Position numbers and translations under genes: made by a program
In this document: positions 29,949 through 39,377 of the stretch, one piece after another
Layout: each line of letters starts with the position of its first letter
How positions within the stretch are numbered: the stretch's first letter is position 1
The notes under the pieces: generated by a model
What the model was told of the DNA's origin: nothing
What the model saw: only the letters and a program-made list of their open reading frames with translations
Databases searched by the model: none
From: Pseudomonadota bacterium
GTDB taxonomy: Bacteria > Bdellovibrionota_B > Oligoflexia > Silvanigrellales > Silvanigrellaceae
Direction: 5' to 3'
NCBI GenBank assembly: GCA_039799905.1
Contig: JBDLRP010000021.1
Coordinates: forward strand, 224,001 to 288,000
DNA length: 64,000 nt

Positions 29949-31556
29949 TCAATGCTGCTGGGGAGACAACAACTGCCGCAGAGCCTCAGTTGTCTTTTTG
30001 GGATCGTGTCGCGCCAGATAGAGAATCTGCTCTTTGTGGGACAACTTCTCGAACGGAACTTCTTCCTGCACCTGAACGCGTTTAGCTGCGGATCCGGAGC
30101 GCTCCAGTTCGTAGTCGGCGATAGCCAGTTGCTCATCCGAACGTTTGTCCGGATCGAATGTCAACCAGCGGAAGTATGGTCTCAACAGCGCGAAATAGAG
30201 GAAAATCATCGCCAGCACTGAAACCGATGCAATGATCCCCGTCTGAATCAGCGAAGTCTTGCGCGCCGTGAGCGATGCCGCCTCTGCCACAGCCATTTCG
30301 TCCATCTCGAACGGAGCGTTTTCGACCGTGATGGTGTCACGCCCTTCTTGAAAACCAATGGCATTTTTGACCAGCTTGGTGATCATGGCCACTTCTTCGT
30401 TCGTCCTTGCGACGTATTTTCCATCAACCAATTTTCCATCAACAAGCACTGCGGTGGAAATCTTTTTGAGTGATCCGACGGGCTCAATAATCTTGCTGAC
30501 CGTGCGCTTGACATCGAAATTGAGAGTTTCCATCGTCTGTTTGTTGCTGCTTGAACTCCCGCCACCCGTCGTGTCCTCTTTCTCGCCCGGAAGATTACTT
30601 TTGGCGCCGGGTACTCCTGTCGGATTGAGACCCTGCCCCTGCGACGATTGTTCGTTCTTTTGCGAACCAAGAACAACAGTGCGTTCGGGGTCAACATCCT
30701 GCACGGTCGTCTCGATCTTCTTGAAATCAACCTCGGCCTGAACCTTGGCAACGACCTTGTTATGACCAACAACGCGACCCAGTATCTCGCGGATGCTGGT
30801 TTCGAGTTCCCGCTCCACGCGCTTCTGATACTCTCGCTGCGCACTGGTTACCCGATCGAGTCCGCCGTCTTCCTCTTCGGGCTTGGTCAGCATGTTGCCG
30901 AGTTCATCGACGATCGCGATATTCTGCGGCTCCAAGCCTTCAACAGCACGGGCAACCAGATGCAGAATACCCTGCACCTGTTTTGGACTGAGCTGTTTTC
31001 CGGGCTTCATTCGGAGCATGATGCTGGCTGTCGTCGGCTTGCGATCTTGCGTAAAAATTGCAGGGTCCGGCATCACTATATGCACTCTGCTCGACTCAAC
31101 CGGATCGAGTTTGTTGATGCTGCGAGACAATTCCCCTTGAACAGCACGCAGCTTGCTGATGCGCTGATCAAAATCGGTCATGCCGAACGAACGGTCGTCG
31201 AACTTTTCCCAACCAGTCGAGACACCATTGCTGGGCAATCCCTCTTGGGCAAGAATCATCTTGTATTCGTTCAACTTAGTATCTGGAAACAGCAGTGTCT
31301 CACCTTCAATTTTGAAGTCCTGAACGTTTTGCTTCTTGAAGAGAGCAAGAATTGAAGTGCGGTCTTCATGTGAAAGATTGGAATAAGCAATTTCATAGTT
31401 GGAATCTGGACGGTAAAATGCGACCGCCAGCAAAATAGAAAAGACCGATGCGACACCGACAAGCAACGCAATTTTGCGTCCAGTCGTCAGTCCCTTGTAG
31501 AATACAGCCGACTGCGAACGGAATTGATCGAAGAATGTCTTTAAGCGCTCAAACAT
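29949..31556 (-). CDS. fliF: Flagellar M-ring protein
   Basis: LAQEGLP, GWEKFD, FGMTDF, QGELSRSI, SRVHIVMP, PTTASIML, GVPGAKSN; two TM helices. Confidence 0.96.
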   Translation of the reverse strand: MFERLKTFFDQFRSQSAVFYKGLTTGRKIALLVGVASVFSILLAVAFYRPDSNYEIAYSNLSHEDRTSILALFKKQNVQDFKIEGETLLFPDTKLNEYKMILAQEGLPSNGVSTGWEKFDDRSFGMTDFDQRISKLRAVQGELSRSINKLDPVESSRVHIVMPDPAIFTQDRKPTTASIMLRMKPGKQLSPKQVQGILHLVARAVEGLEPQNIAIVDELGNMLTKPEEEDGGLDRVTSAQREYQKRVERELETSIREILGRVVGHNKVVAKVQAEVDFKKIETTVQDVDPERTVVLGSQKNEQSSQGQGLNPTGVPGAKSNLPGEKEDTTGGGSSSSNKQTMETLNFDVKRTVSKIIEPVGSLKKISTAVLVDGKLVDGKYVARTNEEVAMITKLVKNAIGFQEGRDTITVENAPFEMDEMAVAEAASLTARKTSLIQTGIIASVSVLAMIFLYFALLRPYFRWLTFDPDKRSDEQLAIADYELERSGSAAKRVQVQEEVPFEKLSHKEQILYLARHDPKKTTEALRQLLSPQQH

Positions 31557-31622
31557 CGTTCCTCAACCCACCCAAAAACGTACAATTAAAAAAAATACGA
31601 ATTTCGATAAAACACGGAAAAT

Positions 31623-31961
31623 TCAGACCTGCATGCGCATGACGTCCTGATAGGCCTCGATGGCCTTGTTCCTCATCTGGACAAGCATGTTGAATCCAAG
31701 CTCCGCTTTAGACATGGACAACATAGTTTCATGAATGTTGCTTGACTTGCCAGTTGCGAGATCCATGCTCGCCTTGTCGCTTTCACGCATGCTCTTGTTG
31801 ACGTCGGAAAGCCCCTCTTTGAGCAGATTGAGAAACTCGCCTGTTTCTCCCGCACCATCGACGCCTGACGACTTTTTACCTGCGGAACTGCCGCCCAATG
31901 AGCGGAGGTCCGAATCAATTGAACCCAAGTCCATAGGCTTGGAAGTTGCACTGCGTATCAT
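31623..31961 (-). CDS. fliE: Flagellar hook-basal body protein FliE
   Basis: IHETMLSMSKAE, VQMRNKAIEAYQDVMRMQV. Confidence 0.95.
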   Translation of the reverse strand: MIRSATSKPMDLGSIDSDLRSLGGSSAGKKSSGVDGAGETGEFLNLLKEGLSDVNKSMRESDKASMDLATGKSSNIHETMLSMSKAELGFNMLVQMRNKAIEAYQDVMRMQV

Positions 31962-31972
31962 CCGTCAGCTCC

Positions 31973-32416
31973 TTATCCGCGACCAATGTTGATTGCGGTG
32001 TTGGCCATCGATTTGGTTGCATTCAGTGCTGTTGTGTTGGCTTCAAAAGCTCTGTTGGAGGTGATCATATTGACCATTTCTTCCATCACACTGATGTTGG
32101 GCATCGCAACCATGCCGTTCTGGTCGGCGTCCGGATGACCGGGGTTGTAAACCATTTTTGGTGCTTTTTGATCTTCGATGATGCCGTCAACCTTGACCTC
32201 CTTGAGATTGGGATCAAAAGCCTGACGCATCAGGTTGTCGAATGTCACGCCGGTGTCGCGCGCTGTAAATACAACGTCTTTGCGCTTGTATGGGCCGCTG
32301 CCGTCTTCCGTGCGTGTTGTATTGGCATTGGCAAGGTTGGACGAAATCACGTTCATGCGCACGCGCTCTGCAGCGAGTGCCGAGGAGCTGATTTTCATAC
32401 CGTTAAGGAAGCTCAT
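31973..32416 (-). CDS. flgC: Flagellar basal-body rod protein FlgC
   Basis: RMNVISSNLANANTT, GPYKRK, YNPGHPDAD, RAFEAN. Confidence 0.97.
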   Translation of the reverse strand: MSFLNGMKISSSALAAERVRMNVISSNLANANTTRTEDGSGPYKRKDVVFTARDTGVTFDNLMRQAFDPNLKEVKVDGIIEDQKAPKMVYNPGHPDADQNGMVAMPNISVMEEMVNMITSNRAFEANTTALNATKSMANTAINIGRG

Positions 32417-32421
32417 GAGTA

Positions 32422-32847
32422 TTACCTCCCGCCGTTGATTCCGTATCGCAACATGGCAAGACGACGGTTGAGAAGCTCAACCGTCGCCCTGTAAAGAGTC
32501 TGGTTCCAGGCCAAGTCGGACATTTCCGCATCCAAATCGACGGTGTTACCGTCGTTGCCGATGCTTTCGGTAGGCTTGACGTGCAAGTCACCGCGGAGAT
32601 CACCATTCACGGTAAGCCCCTGATGTTTGAAGTGACGGCCATCTGTGGCCTGAATTCTCATCTGACCGTCATTTCCAACCGCAGCCCGAAGCTGTTCTTC
32701 GAACTCGTATCCCATTGCCCGGTAACCTGGGGTCTGCGCATTCGAGATGTTGCTCGTGATGACGTTCTGCTTGATGAGGCGCTGATTCAAGCTCTCCTCA
32801 AGCACGGCATCTGCTTTTGCGAAGACCTGGTTACTGGTAATTTTCAT
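32422..32847 (-). CDS. flgB: Flagellar basal-body rod protein FlgB
   Basis: SNISNAQTPGY, DGNTVDLDAEM. Confidence 0.96.
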   Translation of the reverse strand: MKITSNQVFAKADAVLEESLNQRLIKQNVITSNISNAQTPGYRAMGYEFEEQLRAAVGNDGQMRIQATDGRHFKHQGLTVNGDLRGDLHVKPTESIGNDGNTVDLDAEMSDLAWNQTLYRATVELLNRRLAMLRYGINGGR

Positions 32848-33926
32848 ACATTCTTACCTTCAACCTCGTATCCGCACTCGACGAGTTCGTTGAGCTTGTA
32901 GCGCAATGCGCGCAAAGAGATGCCCAACGCTTTTGCAGTGTGCGTCCGGTTTCCGTTCATACGGCGCAAAGTTTGCAGGATCAGGCGTTGCTCGAGCTCA
33001 CGCAGGGTGATTTGCGGAAGCGCATCGCTCATCGCCACTTCGGTGCGGCTGTTGGCCTTCATCAAATGGAGTTCTTCCACGCTGATGTAGTCGCGGGTTG
33101 CCAGCAAAACCGAGCGCTGAATCACGTTGCGCAGTTCGCGCACGTTGCCCGGCCATGTGTAGGTTCTCAGGGCCTGCTTGGCTGTCGGCGACAACTGAAC
33201 ATTCTTCGAGAACTGCATGTTGTATTCACGCAGGAAGATCTCTGAATAGAAGTCGACGTCGACCGTGCGGGTGCGCAGCGGCTCGATATCAAGCTGAATG
33301 ACGTGCAGCTTGAAATAGAGGTCGTTGCGGAAACGCTGTGCGTTGACTTCATCGTTGATGTTTTTGTGCGTGCAGGCAATCACACGCGCATCAGCTGCGG
33401 TACCGCGACGGACTGCGCCCTTGTTCACATCCTGCTCTTTGAGAATTCTCAAAAGCTTGAGCTGTAGCTGCGGATCAAGCTCGGTAATTTCATCAAGCAT
33501 CAAAGTGCCGGACTCCGGCGTGCGCGGAAGTCCATATTCATTACCGCCTCTGTGGCCCGCGAAGATTTCCATTTCAAAGAAATTCTGCGGAATGTTCGAA
33601 CAGCTGGCGACGACAAAACGGCCGCGATCACGACCACCGGCAATATGAATTGCCTTGGCGAGCGTTTCTTTTCCTGTTCCGCTCTCACCGGTAATCAGTA
33701 CCGGCACTTTCGTAGGTGCAACAGTGCGTGCGACTTCGAGAATCTTGTACATCTTCTCGTCACGGGTTGGAAAATGACGAAGCATTTCTTCTTCTGAGAT
33801 GCGCCCTTCGACGTTCGCAAAAGCAGCTCCGAGATTGCCGGCATTGCGCCCGCTGTCGAGCCCCGCTCCGCCGTTGAAATTCGGATTCTCTATATCAAAC
33901 AACCCCAATGGTCTGGCTTCGCTCAT
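32844..33926 (-). CDS. Atypical NtrC/FleQ-family AAA+ enhancer-binding protein (no receiver domain, no GAFTGA)
   Basis: GESGTGKE, LMLDE, WPGNVRELRN, Fis-type HTH GNRTHTAKALGIS; stop overlaps the flgB start. Confidence 0.9.
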   Translation of the reverse strand: MSEARPLGLFDIENPNFNGGAGLDSGRNAGNLGAAFANVEGRISEEEMLRHFPTRDEKMYKILEVARTVAPTKVPVLITGESGTGKETLAKAIHIAGGRDRGRFVVASCSNIPQNFFEMEIFAGHRGGNEYGLPRTPESGTLMLDEITELDPQLQLKLLRILKEQDVNKGAVRRGTAADARVIACTHKNINDEVNAQRFRNDLYFKLHVIQLDIEPLRTRTVDVDFYSEIFLREYNMQFSKNVQLSPTAKQALRTYTWPGNVRELRNVIQRSVLLATRDYISVEELHLMKANSRTEVAMSDALPQITLRELEQRLILQTLRRMNGNRTHTAKALGISLRALRYKLNELVECGYEVEGKNV

Positions 33927-33951
33927 CTGACTTCCCCCCGATTTGTTGGCG

Positions 33952-36114
33952 TTAGCGAATTCTTTCCAGTCTCTCGTTTGCGAGCGACGAGAATTTTTTG
34001 TCAGTGACATCAGCAGCGGACATCTGCCATGCAGTCTTGGCCTTCTCGACCATTCCCGCACGTGCATAGACAAGCCCCGCTTTGTAGGAGGCCTCCGCCT
34101 TTTTGCTCGTCTGGGCGAGGTTGGCGACTGTCATGTAGACATCACCCGCCTTTGCCAGACGTCCGTTGTTGCGCAGATCGTCCGCGTATCCCATCAGCGC
34201 GCCTTCAATTCGTCGCGCCTCGTCATCGTTTCGCGGTGAGGTTGTCATAAGCACGTCAAAAACCTTGTCGGCGTCTTCACGGCCGCGTGCGGCATTCGCA
34301 AGAGTCACCAACATTCCGACGTCACGCTCGACGTAACGTCCAAATTTCATTTCATCGATGAGCAAAGACTGTGCAGTCTTTGACAAATATGGAGAGCGCG
34401 CAGATTCCTTGACTGCAGCAGTCGCCCTGTCCGAAAGTCCGGTGTTCTTGCGCACATCACTCGCATAAAGCTTCTTGAGCGCCTGTTCAGCTTTGTCACG
34501 CTGCTGCTGTTTGTTCTGCAGCTGAGCCGTCAATGCCAGCGCCTCATTTCTCTTGGCCTCGTCTGCCGTGGAGCTTGTGAAAATCTGCAGAAGTGCGAGC
34601 GCACGTTTTGCATCGCCCACAGACAACCAACCTTCCACTCTTGCCATCAGCAAATCAGGCTCGCGCAGCGTAAAGTCGAGCAGCCCCGACCTCGCGTTGC
34701 GTTCAAAATCCGCGAGTGCCTGAAAATCCTTTTTTCGCGCCAGCTCTTCGACAATAAACCGGACTCTGTTGGCGAGCTCGTCCTGCAGGAGTGCAACTCG
34801 CGGATCCTGTGCGTAGCGTCCGCGGAATCTTTGCAATGCTGCATCAGCACTGACGGCATCAAGTTGGCTGACAGAAAATTTTGTCTGAATGAAGGCGCAG
34901 CTCTGTCGGAACTGTTCGGATACATACTGGCCGTTGAGGCAGCTTTGTATCGCCGCCTGATGATTACGAGCGGCCTCGGGTCGGGTACTGATGACCGGTT
35001 CCAGCAGACGCACTGCAGCTCCGATGCGCGCCGCCCAAGGCGCATTTTCACTCAGCGCAACTTCGCTGTAACGTTCGTTGAGGTCTTGCGCGACCGTGCC
35101 GCCCTGTTTTTCAAGCTTCAGATCAGCCAGCCGGAATTTGCCCAGAGCACCCATCTCATGCGACGGGAAACGGCCAACCAAAGTTTGCAGAAAGTCACTC
35201 GCGAGATCCGGCTTTCCTTCGAGAAATGCGGACTCACCGGCCATCCACAAGAGGCGCGGGCTATCCTGAAAACGACGTCCGTTAAGTGCGGTCAGTCGGC
35301 GGAAAAGAGTCACTGCCTGTCGTGTTTGTCCGGAACGGTACAGTGCCGTTGCAAGCTTTTCGAGAGAGTCAAATTCAGCGGGTAAACCGGTATCAGCTCC
35401 AGCCTGTCGCTCGAGAGTCGCAAGAGCATCACCCGAAAGTGTTGCAACCGATTCCAGCCGAGCTTTTTGCGTCTGTCCGCCACGCGCATTTGCAGGCGAA
35501 TCGGACAGCAGCGTGGAATTCAGTTTGGGATTGTTCGACTGGGCAACTGTCAAATCGTCTGCAGGCAGATCGATCTCAACCGGCTTGACGACGACTGGGA
35601 AAGTCTCTGCGGACGACTCTCTTGCGGTCTTTGCCGCATCCTGTGATTTGCCGGATGCATCATCCTGCCATTTCCATTCCTGATCGAGCGTGCGCGGCTC
35701 AGCAGGCTCGGTCCTCCAGATGTCTACAACCAGTCTCCAAGGTCCTTCTTGGTGAGTCACCAGCCATGCAACAGGAGCGTTTTTCAATTGGAACGAAAGA
35801 ACAACGTCGCCGTTCTTTTCTTCAACGACAACGCGATGAATGAATCGGGTGTCATAAAACCGGCTGACGTCGAATTCCGACGCCCGTGCCGGACTGACCC
35901 TGATCTCAAGCGAGCGGGTCTCTTTCAGATAGCGTGTTGCAAAGCGGCGGGCCGCGCCCAGTTCAAATGCTGCACGGTAGCTGTCTTTGCCTGCTACAAA
36001 CTGTTCCGGCAGACGGTTTTTACCGTCTGCAGTTCCGCCGCCAAAAGCATTTGCAGCCGGCACAATCAGGCCGAGCAGCAAAAACCGGCTGAACCTTTTG
36101 GAGCAGTTGAACAC
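33952..36114 (-). CDS. Exported TPR-repeat protein heading the flagellar basal-body unit
   Basis: Signal peptide, AMIN-like N-domain, TPR-like helices (AEASYKAGLVYARAG). Confidence 0.75.
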   Translation of the reverse strand: MFNCSKRFSRFLLLGLIVPAANAFGGGTADGKNRLPEQFVAGKDSYRAAFELGAARRFATRYLKETRSLEIRVSPARASEFDVSRFYDTRFIHRVVVEEKNGDVVLSFQLKNAPVAWLVTHQEGPWRLVVDIWRTEPAEPRTLDQEWKWQDDASGKSQDAAKTARESSAETFPVVVKPVEIDLPADDLTVAQSNNPKLNSTLLSDSPANARGGQTQKARLESVATLSGDALATLERQAGADTGLPAEFDSLEKLATALYRSGQTRQAVTLFRRLTALNGRRFQDSPRLLWMAGESAFLEGKPDLASDFLQTLVGRFPSHEMGALGKFRLADLKLEKQGGTVAQDLNERYSEVALSENAPWAARIGAAVRLLEPVISTRPEAARNHQAAIQSCLNGQYVSEQFRQSCAFIQTKFSVSQLDAVSADAALQRFRGRYAQDPRVALLQDELANRVRFIVEELARKKDFQALADFERNARSGLLDFTLREPDLLMARVEGWLSVGDAKRALALLQIFTSSTADEAKRNEALALTAQLQNKQQQRDKAEQALKKLYASDVRKNTGLSDRATAAVKESARSPYLSKTAQSLLIDEMKFGRYVERDVGMLVTLANAARGREDADKVFDVLMTTSPRNDDEARRIEGALMGYADDLRNNGRLAKAGDVYMTVANLAQTSKKAEASYKAGLVYARAGMVEKAKTAWQMSAADVTDKKFSSLANERLERIR

Positions 36115-36197
36115 GCAAACCCCCGTCCGAGAGACACCGCATTCATCAGCGTTGCCTCACAATTCCGAGATTAGCGCAGCCCAAAAAATTAAGTTCT

Positions 36198-36321
36198 GTC
36201 TGGTTTTTGACCTAATAATTCCTTTGACACAAACAAAAGTGCCGCATTTTTTTTCTCAATCATTCTCGTAATCAATTTTTCGACACCATCAGTTTTTCCG
36301 ACACCTGACGGTTTTTTTGAC
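36198..36321. promoter_or_regulatory. Array of GTC-N8-GAC-like (FleQ-box-like) sites upstream of the flagellar unit
   Basis: Repeated TTT(T/C)(C)GAC half-sites ending at 36211, 36228, 36284, 36302 and 36321. Confidence 0.55.
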
Positions 36322-36354
36322 GTGTTATTTCCATGACAAGGTCTCTTCTCGCAC

Positions 36355-36834
36355 CTATTTCGAAACAATTGCGCAGGTCGGAACAGTCAGTTGAGAACAG
36401 TCACGTTCAATTTGTCCGCCAGCCACAGCGAAAGTCGCAACCATCCGGAATCCGTTCCAATCTCTGCTGAGTCGCAATGAATCACGAAGGGAATGAAAAT
36501 GTCCCAACAGTGTCAAGTCACTCCATCCGGCGGTCACTCCGAAATATCCTGACCAAGCGCTAACATTTCCGCATGTTCGCTGGGACACGCAGACACTGTC
36601 CTCTCTCCGTTCGATAAAATGAATGATCGTTGGAACCGAAGGGACATCTCCACAAGGAATCAATGCCGCAATCTTTCTTGATGGCATATGATCCTTCGCT
36701 GAATCAGATGGGTTTGTATCAACAAACTGAATCAACAGATCCTCGCACTTACTAGAGGCCAGTGCGTAGTGATGCGAAAACAGACCGCAACATACGAAAA
36801 TCAAACGCGCCACGGACTCTTTTTGAAAGAGCAT
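36355..36834 (-). CDS. Hypothetical secreted Cys-containing protein
   Basis: Signal peptide ending ALA, paired Cys, GAGGT RBS. Confidence 0.6.
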   Translation of the reverse strand: MLFQKESVARLIFVCCGLFSHHYALASSKCEDLLIQFVDTNPSDSAKDHMPSRKIAALIPCGDVPSVPTIIHFIERREDSVCVSQRTCGNVSAWSGYFGVTAGWSDLTLLGHFHSLRDSLRLSRDWNGFRMVATFAVAGGQIERDCSQLTVPTCAIVSK

Positions 36835-36845
36835 GAAACATCACC

Positions 36846-37340
36846 TCATCTAAGTTGTGAAACCTGCAGAATTTCATCACAGCGAATCGAGAACTCATGG
36901 TTCCGATAGCCCAGCCAGAAGCTCACGGCAGTCCAGCCAATGGGGATCGGCACACTGTTGATGAGCAGTGAGAAGTCCCGTCGCACGTCGGTGCAATAAC
37001 GACGCTCGCAAGACTTTATCGAAGCGGACTGAAAGGCTTTCAGTTTCAAGTCATCTATCAAAACAAGGTCAGCGGAAGGGCTGTCAAAACTGCGCGGTAC
37101 CAAACAGAGATCAATAACCGTGAGACCGGCATGAATCCCCCACCGCGGCATCGTGCGCAACGAAACCAGGGCGACCTTGTCACTGCCGGCATCTGATTCG
37201 TCGGAACAAACCAACGAGGGAGGGACACCCTCGCCGACGTGACGGCAACTCAAACTGTCTGCAAGAGCGGGCGAACAAACCACAACGGTTAGCGGAATGA
37301 ATAACCATCGCAAGGAGTCAACTACCGACATGCAACTCAT
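36846..37340 (-). CDS. Hypothetical secreted Cys-containing protein
   Basis: Signal peptide ending ALA, paired Cys, AGGAGG RBS. Confidence 0.6.
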   Translation of the reverse strand: MSCMSVVDSLRWLFIPLTVVVCSPALADSLSCRHVGEGVPPSLVCSDESDAGSDKVALVSLRTMPRWGIHAGLTVIDLCLVPRSFDSPSADLVLIDDLKLKAFQSASIKSCERRYCTDVRRDFSLLINSVPIPIGWTAVSFWLGYRNHEFSIRCDEILQVSQLR

Positions 37341-37580
37341 TTCTGGCCTCCTCACATTGTGTCTGGGAAACAGCAGTGCTCAGAATAGTTTTTGTTGCCT
37401 CGAACTCAAGTTGGGATTTTTACTTCGTGAAAACCGTCGCTCTTTCGAATTTGAAATATTCCTGCCACCGCGGACTGTCGCTTCAGCAAACCGACCACAC
37501 CACCTGTTCAATTCCCCTTTTCGTTTTTTCCCTTGAGAAGTAAGATGCTTGCAACCTATGACTAGACGGAGAAAAGTGTA

Positions 37581-38318
37581 ATGCTGAGTTCGCTGAAGAC
37601 GCTTATTTTTTGGCTTTTTTTCATGTTCTCGGGCGTCGCAATGCAGCTTCTTCTCCTCCTCAGGCTCTCCCTGGTCAACGATGAGGCCAGGCGTCAACAG
37701 CTCGCCCAAAGGTTTAGACTGATTTGGTCCGCCATAAGCCTCCGTCTTTTTTTCAATACCGGATCACTCAACAAGCTCATCACTCACTCAGAGGGCTTGC
37801 CGAAACAGTTTATTTTGATTTCCAATCACCGGAGCAATCTGGATCCACTGCTGGTTTCGGTCATCGGCCGTCCACTCGTATTCCTTTCAAAAAAATCGGT
37901 TCTCAAAACGCCGGTCATTGGTTGGTGGATGAGGTTGTGCGGCGACGTTCCAGTCGACCGAGGCGAAAAATCAAGCCGCGAGAACAGTCTGAACTCAATG
38001 AAAGAGCGTCTTGGTCGCGGCGACTCACTTCTCATCTTTCCCGAGGGGACAAGGCAGACCGACCCGACTGTACCGCTTGGGCAATTTAAAGACGGAGCTT
38101 TTCATTTGGCATCACAGAGTGGAGTACCACTTGTGGCCCTCATTCTAGATAAGACCGACGACATCTGGAAAAAAGGAAGTCTGACACTTAATTTCAAACC
38201 TCTGCGATTCTCGATTTCGCATGCGATCCAGCCACAAGGTAGAAGCTTCAATGAGTTGAAAGAGGAAGCCATTCAAACTATGAACTCTATGGTTCAATCT
38301 TTCACTCGGCAAAATTGA
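37581..38318 (+). CDS. plsC: 1-acyl-sn-glycerol-3-phosphate acyltransferase
   Basis: NHRSNLD, PVDR, FPEGTR, FKDGAF. Confidence 0.92.
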   Translation: MLSSLKTLIFWLFFMFSGVAMQLLLLLRLSLVNDEARRQQLAQRFRLIWSAISLRLFFNTGSLNKLITHSEGLPKQFILISNHRSNLDPLLVSVIGRPLVFLSKKSVLKTPVIGWWMRLCGDVPVDRGEKSSRENSLNSMKERLGRGDSLLIFPEGTRQTDPTVPLGQFKDGAFHLASQSGVPLVALILDKTDDIWKKGSLTLNFKPLRFSISHAIQPQGRSFNELKEEAIQTMNSMVQSFTRQN

Positions 38319-38339
38319 CTCAAAACAAAGGACTCCAAC

Positions 38340-39326
38340 GTGGAATACCGTCGCCTCGGCAACTCGGGCCTCATGGTCAGTTCTCTTTCCTATGGTTCAT
38401 GGATCACCTTCGACGCAAATTCGGCAGCCACTCAAAAGCAATGCATGTTTGCAGCCTACGATGCCGGCATCAACTTCTTCGACAACGCAGAAGTCTACTC
38501 AAACGGAGAATCGGAAGTTGTCATGGGCGACATCATCAAGTCGGCCGGCTGGGAGCGTGACTCTTATATCATTTCGAGCAAGGTGTTTTGGGGTGGCGGC
38601 AAGCCGACACAAAAAGGTTTGTCGCGCAAACATGTTGTAGACGCCTGCAACAACGCACTGCGCCGTCTCCGGACCGATTACATTGACCTCTATTTTTGTC
38701 ATCGTCCTGATCCAGTCACTCCCGTCGAAGAAACTGTCCGGACGATGAATGACCTCATCTCTCAAGGCAAGATTCTTTATTGGGGGACCAGCGAATGGCC
38801 GGCTGACCTCATCACTCAGGCGCATGCAGTGGCAAAAGAAAATCGCCTCATCGGACCGACGATGGAACAACCCCAGTACAACATGCTGCATCGCGAGCGC
38901 ATGGAGAAAGAATACCTCAGACTTTTCAAGAATTATGGAATGGGCACGACCATTTGGTCACCTCTCGCGTCGGGTATACTCACGGGCAAGTACCTGAATG
39001 GCGTTCCGAGCGACAGCCGGTTTGCCAAGGCCGGCATGGAATGGCTGCGGGATATTTATCTCAGCGAAAATGTTGAAAGCATGAACAACAAAATCCGTCA
39101 CCTGCAAAAGCTGAGTCAGGAACTTGGAATGACTCTCCCGCAACTGGGAATCAGCTGGTGTGCAGCCAATTCAAACGTCAGCACCGTCATTCTTGGAGCG
39201 TCACGCCTCGAACAGCTGCAGGAAACCCTCAAGGCGGACTCACTGAAGGCGAAGCTGACTCCTGACGTCATGGCAAAAATCGACCAGATTCTTGCAAACG
39301 TACCGACACCCGAGAGAGTATTCTGA
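38340..39326 (+). CDS. Aldo/keto reductase (Kv-beta-like)
   Basis: YRRLGNSGL, FDNAEVY, LYFCHRPD, YWGTSEW, EQPQYNM, WSPLASG. Confidence 0.93.
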   Translation: MEYRRLGNSGLMVSSLSYGSWITFDANSAATQKQCMFAAYDAGINFFDNAEVYSNGESEVVMGDIIKSAGWERDSYIISSKVFWGGGKPTQKGLSRKHVVDACNNALRRLRTDYIDLYFCHRPDPVTPVEETVRTMNDLISQGKILYWGTSEWPADLITQAHAVAKENRLIGPTMEQPQYNMLHRERMEKEYLRLFKNYGMGTTIWSPLASGILTGKYLNGVPSDSRFAKAGMEWLRDIYLSENVESMNNKIRHLQKLSQELGMTLPQLGISWCAANSNVSTVILGASRLEQLQETLKADSLKAKLTPDVMAKIDQILANVPTPERVF

Positions 39327-39377
39327 CAGCATCAGTCAGCTCTCCAACAGCACAACATATTCCTTCAAGGATAAGAC

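Noticed and set aside
33927..34073. Upstream extension of the enhancer-binding protein as a sensory domain
   Set aside because: Overlaps the TPR gene's 3' end; an RBS precedes ATG 33926; no receiver-like sequence
36228..36245. CGGCACTTTTGTTTG (minus strand) as a sigma54 promoter for the flagellar unit
   Set aside because: No GC at the -12 position
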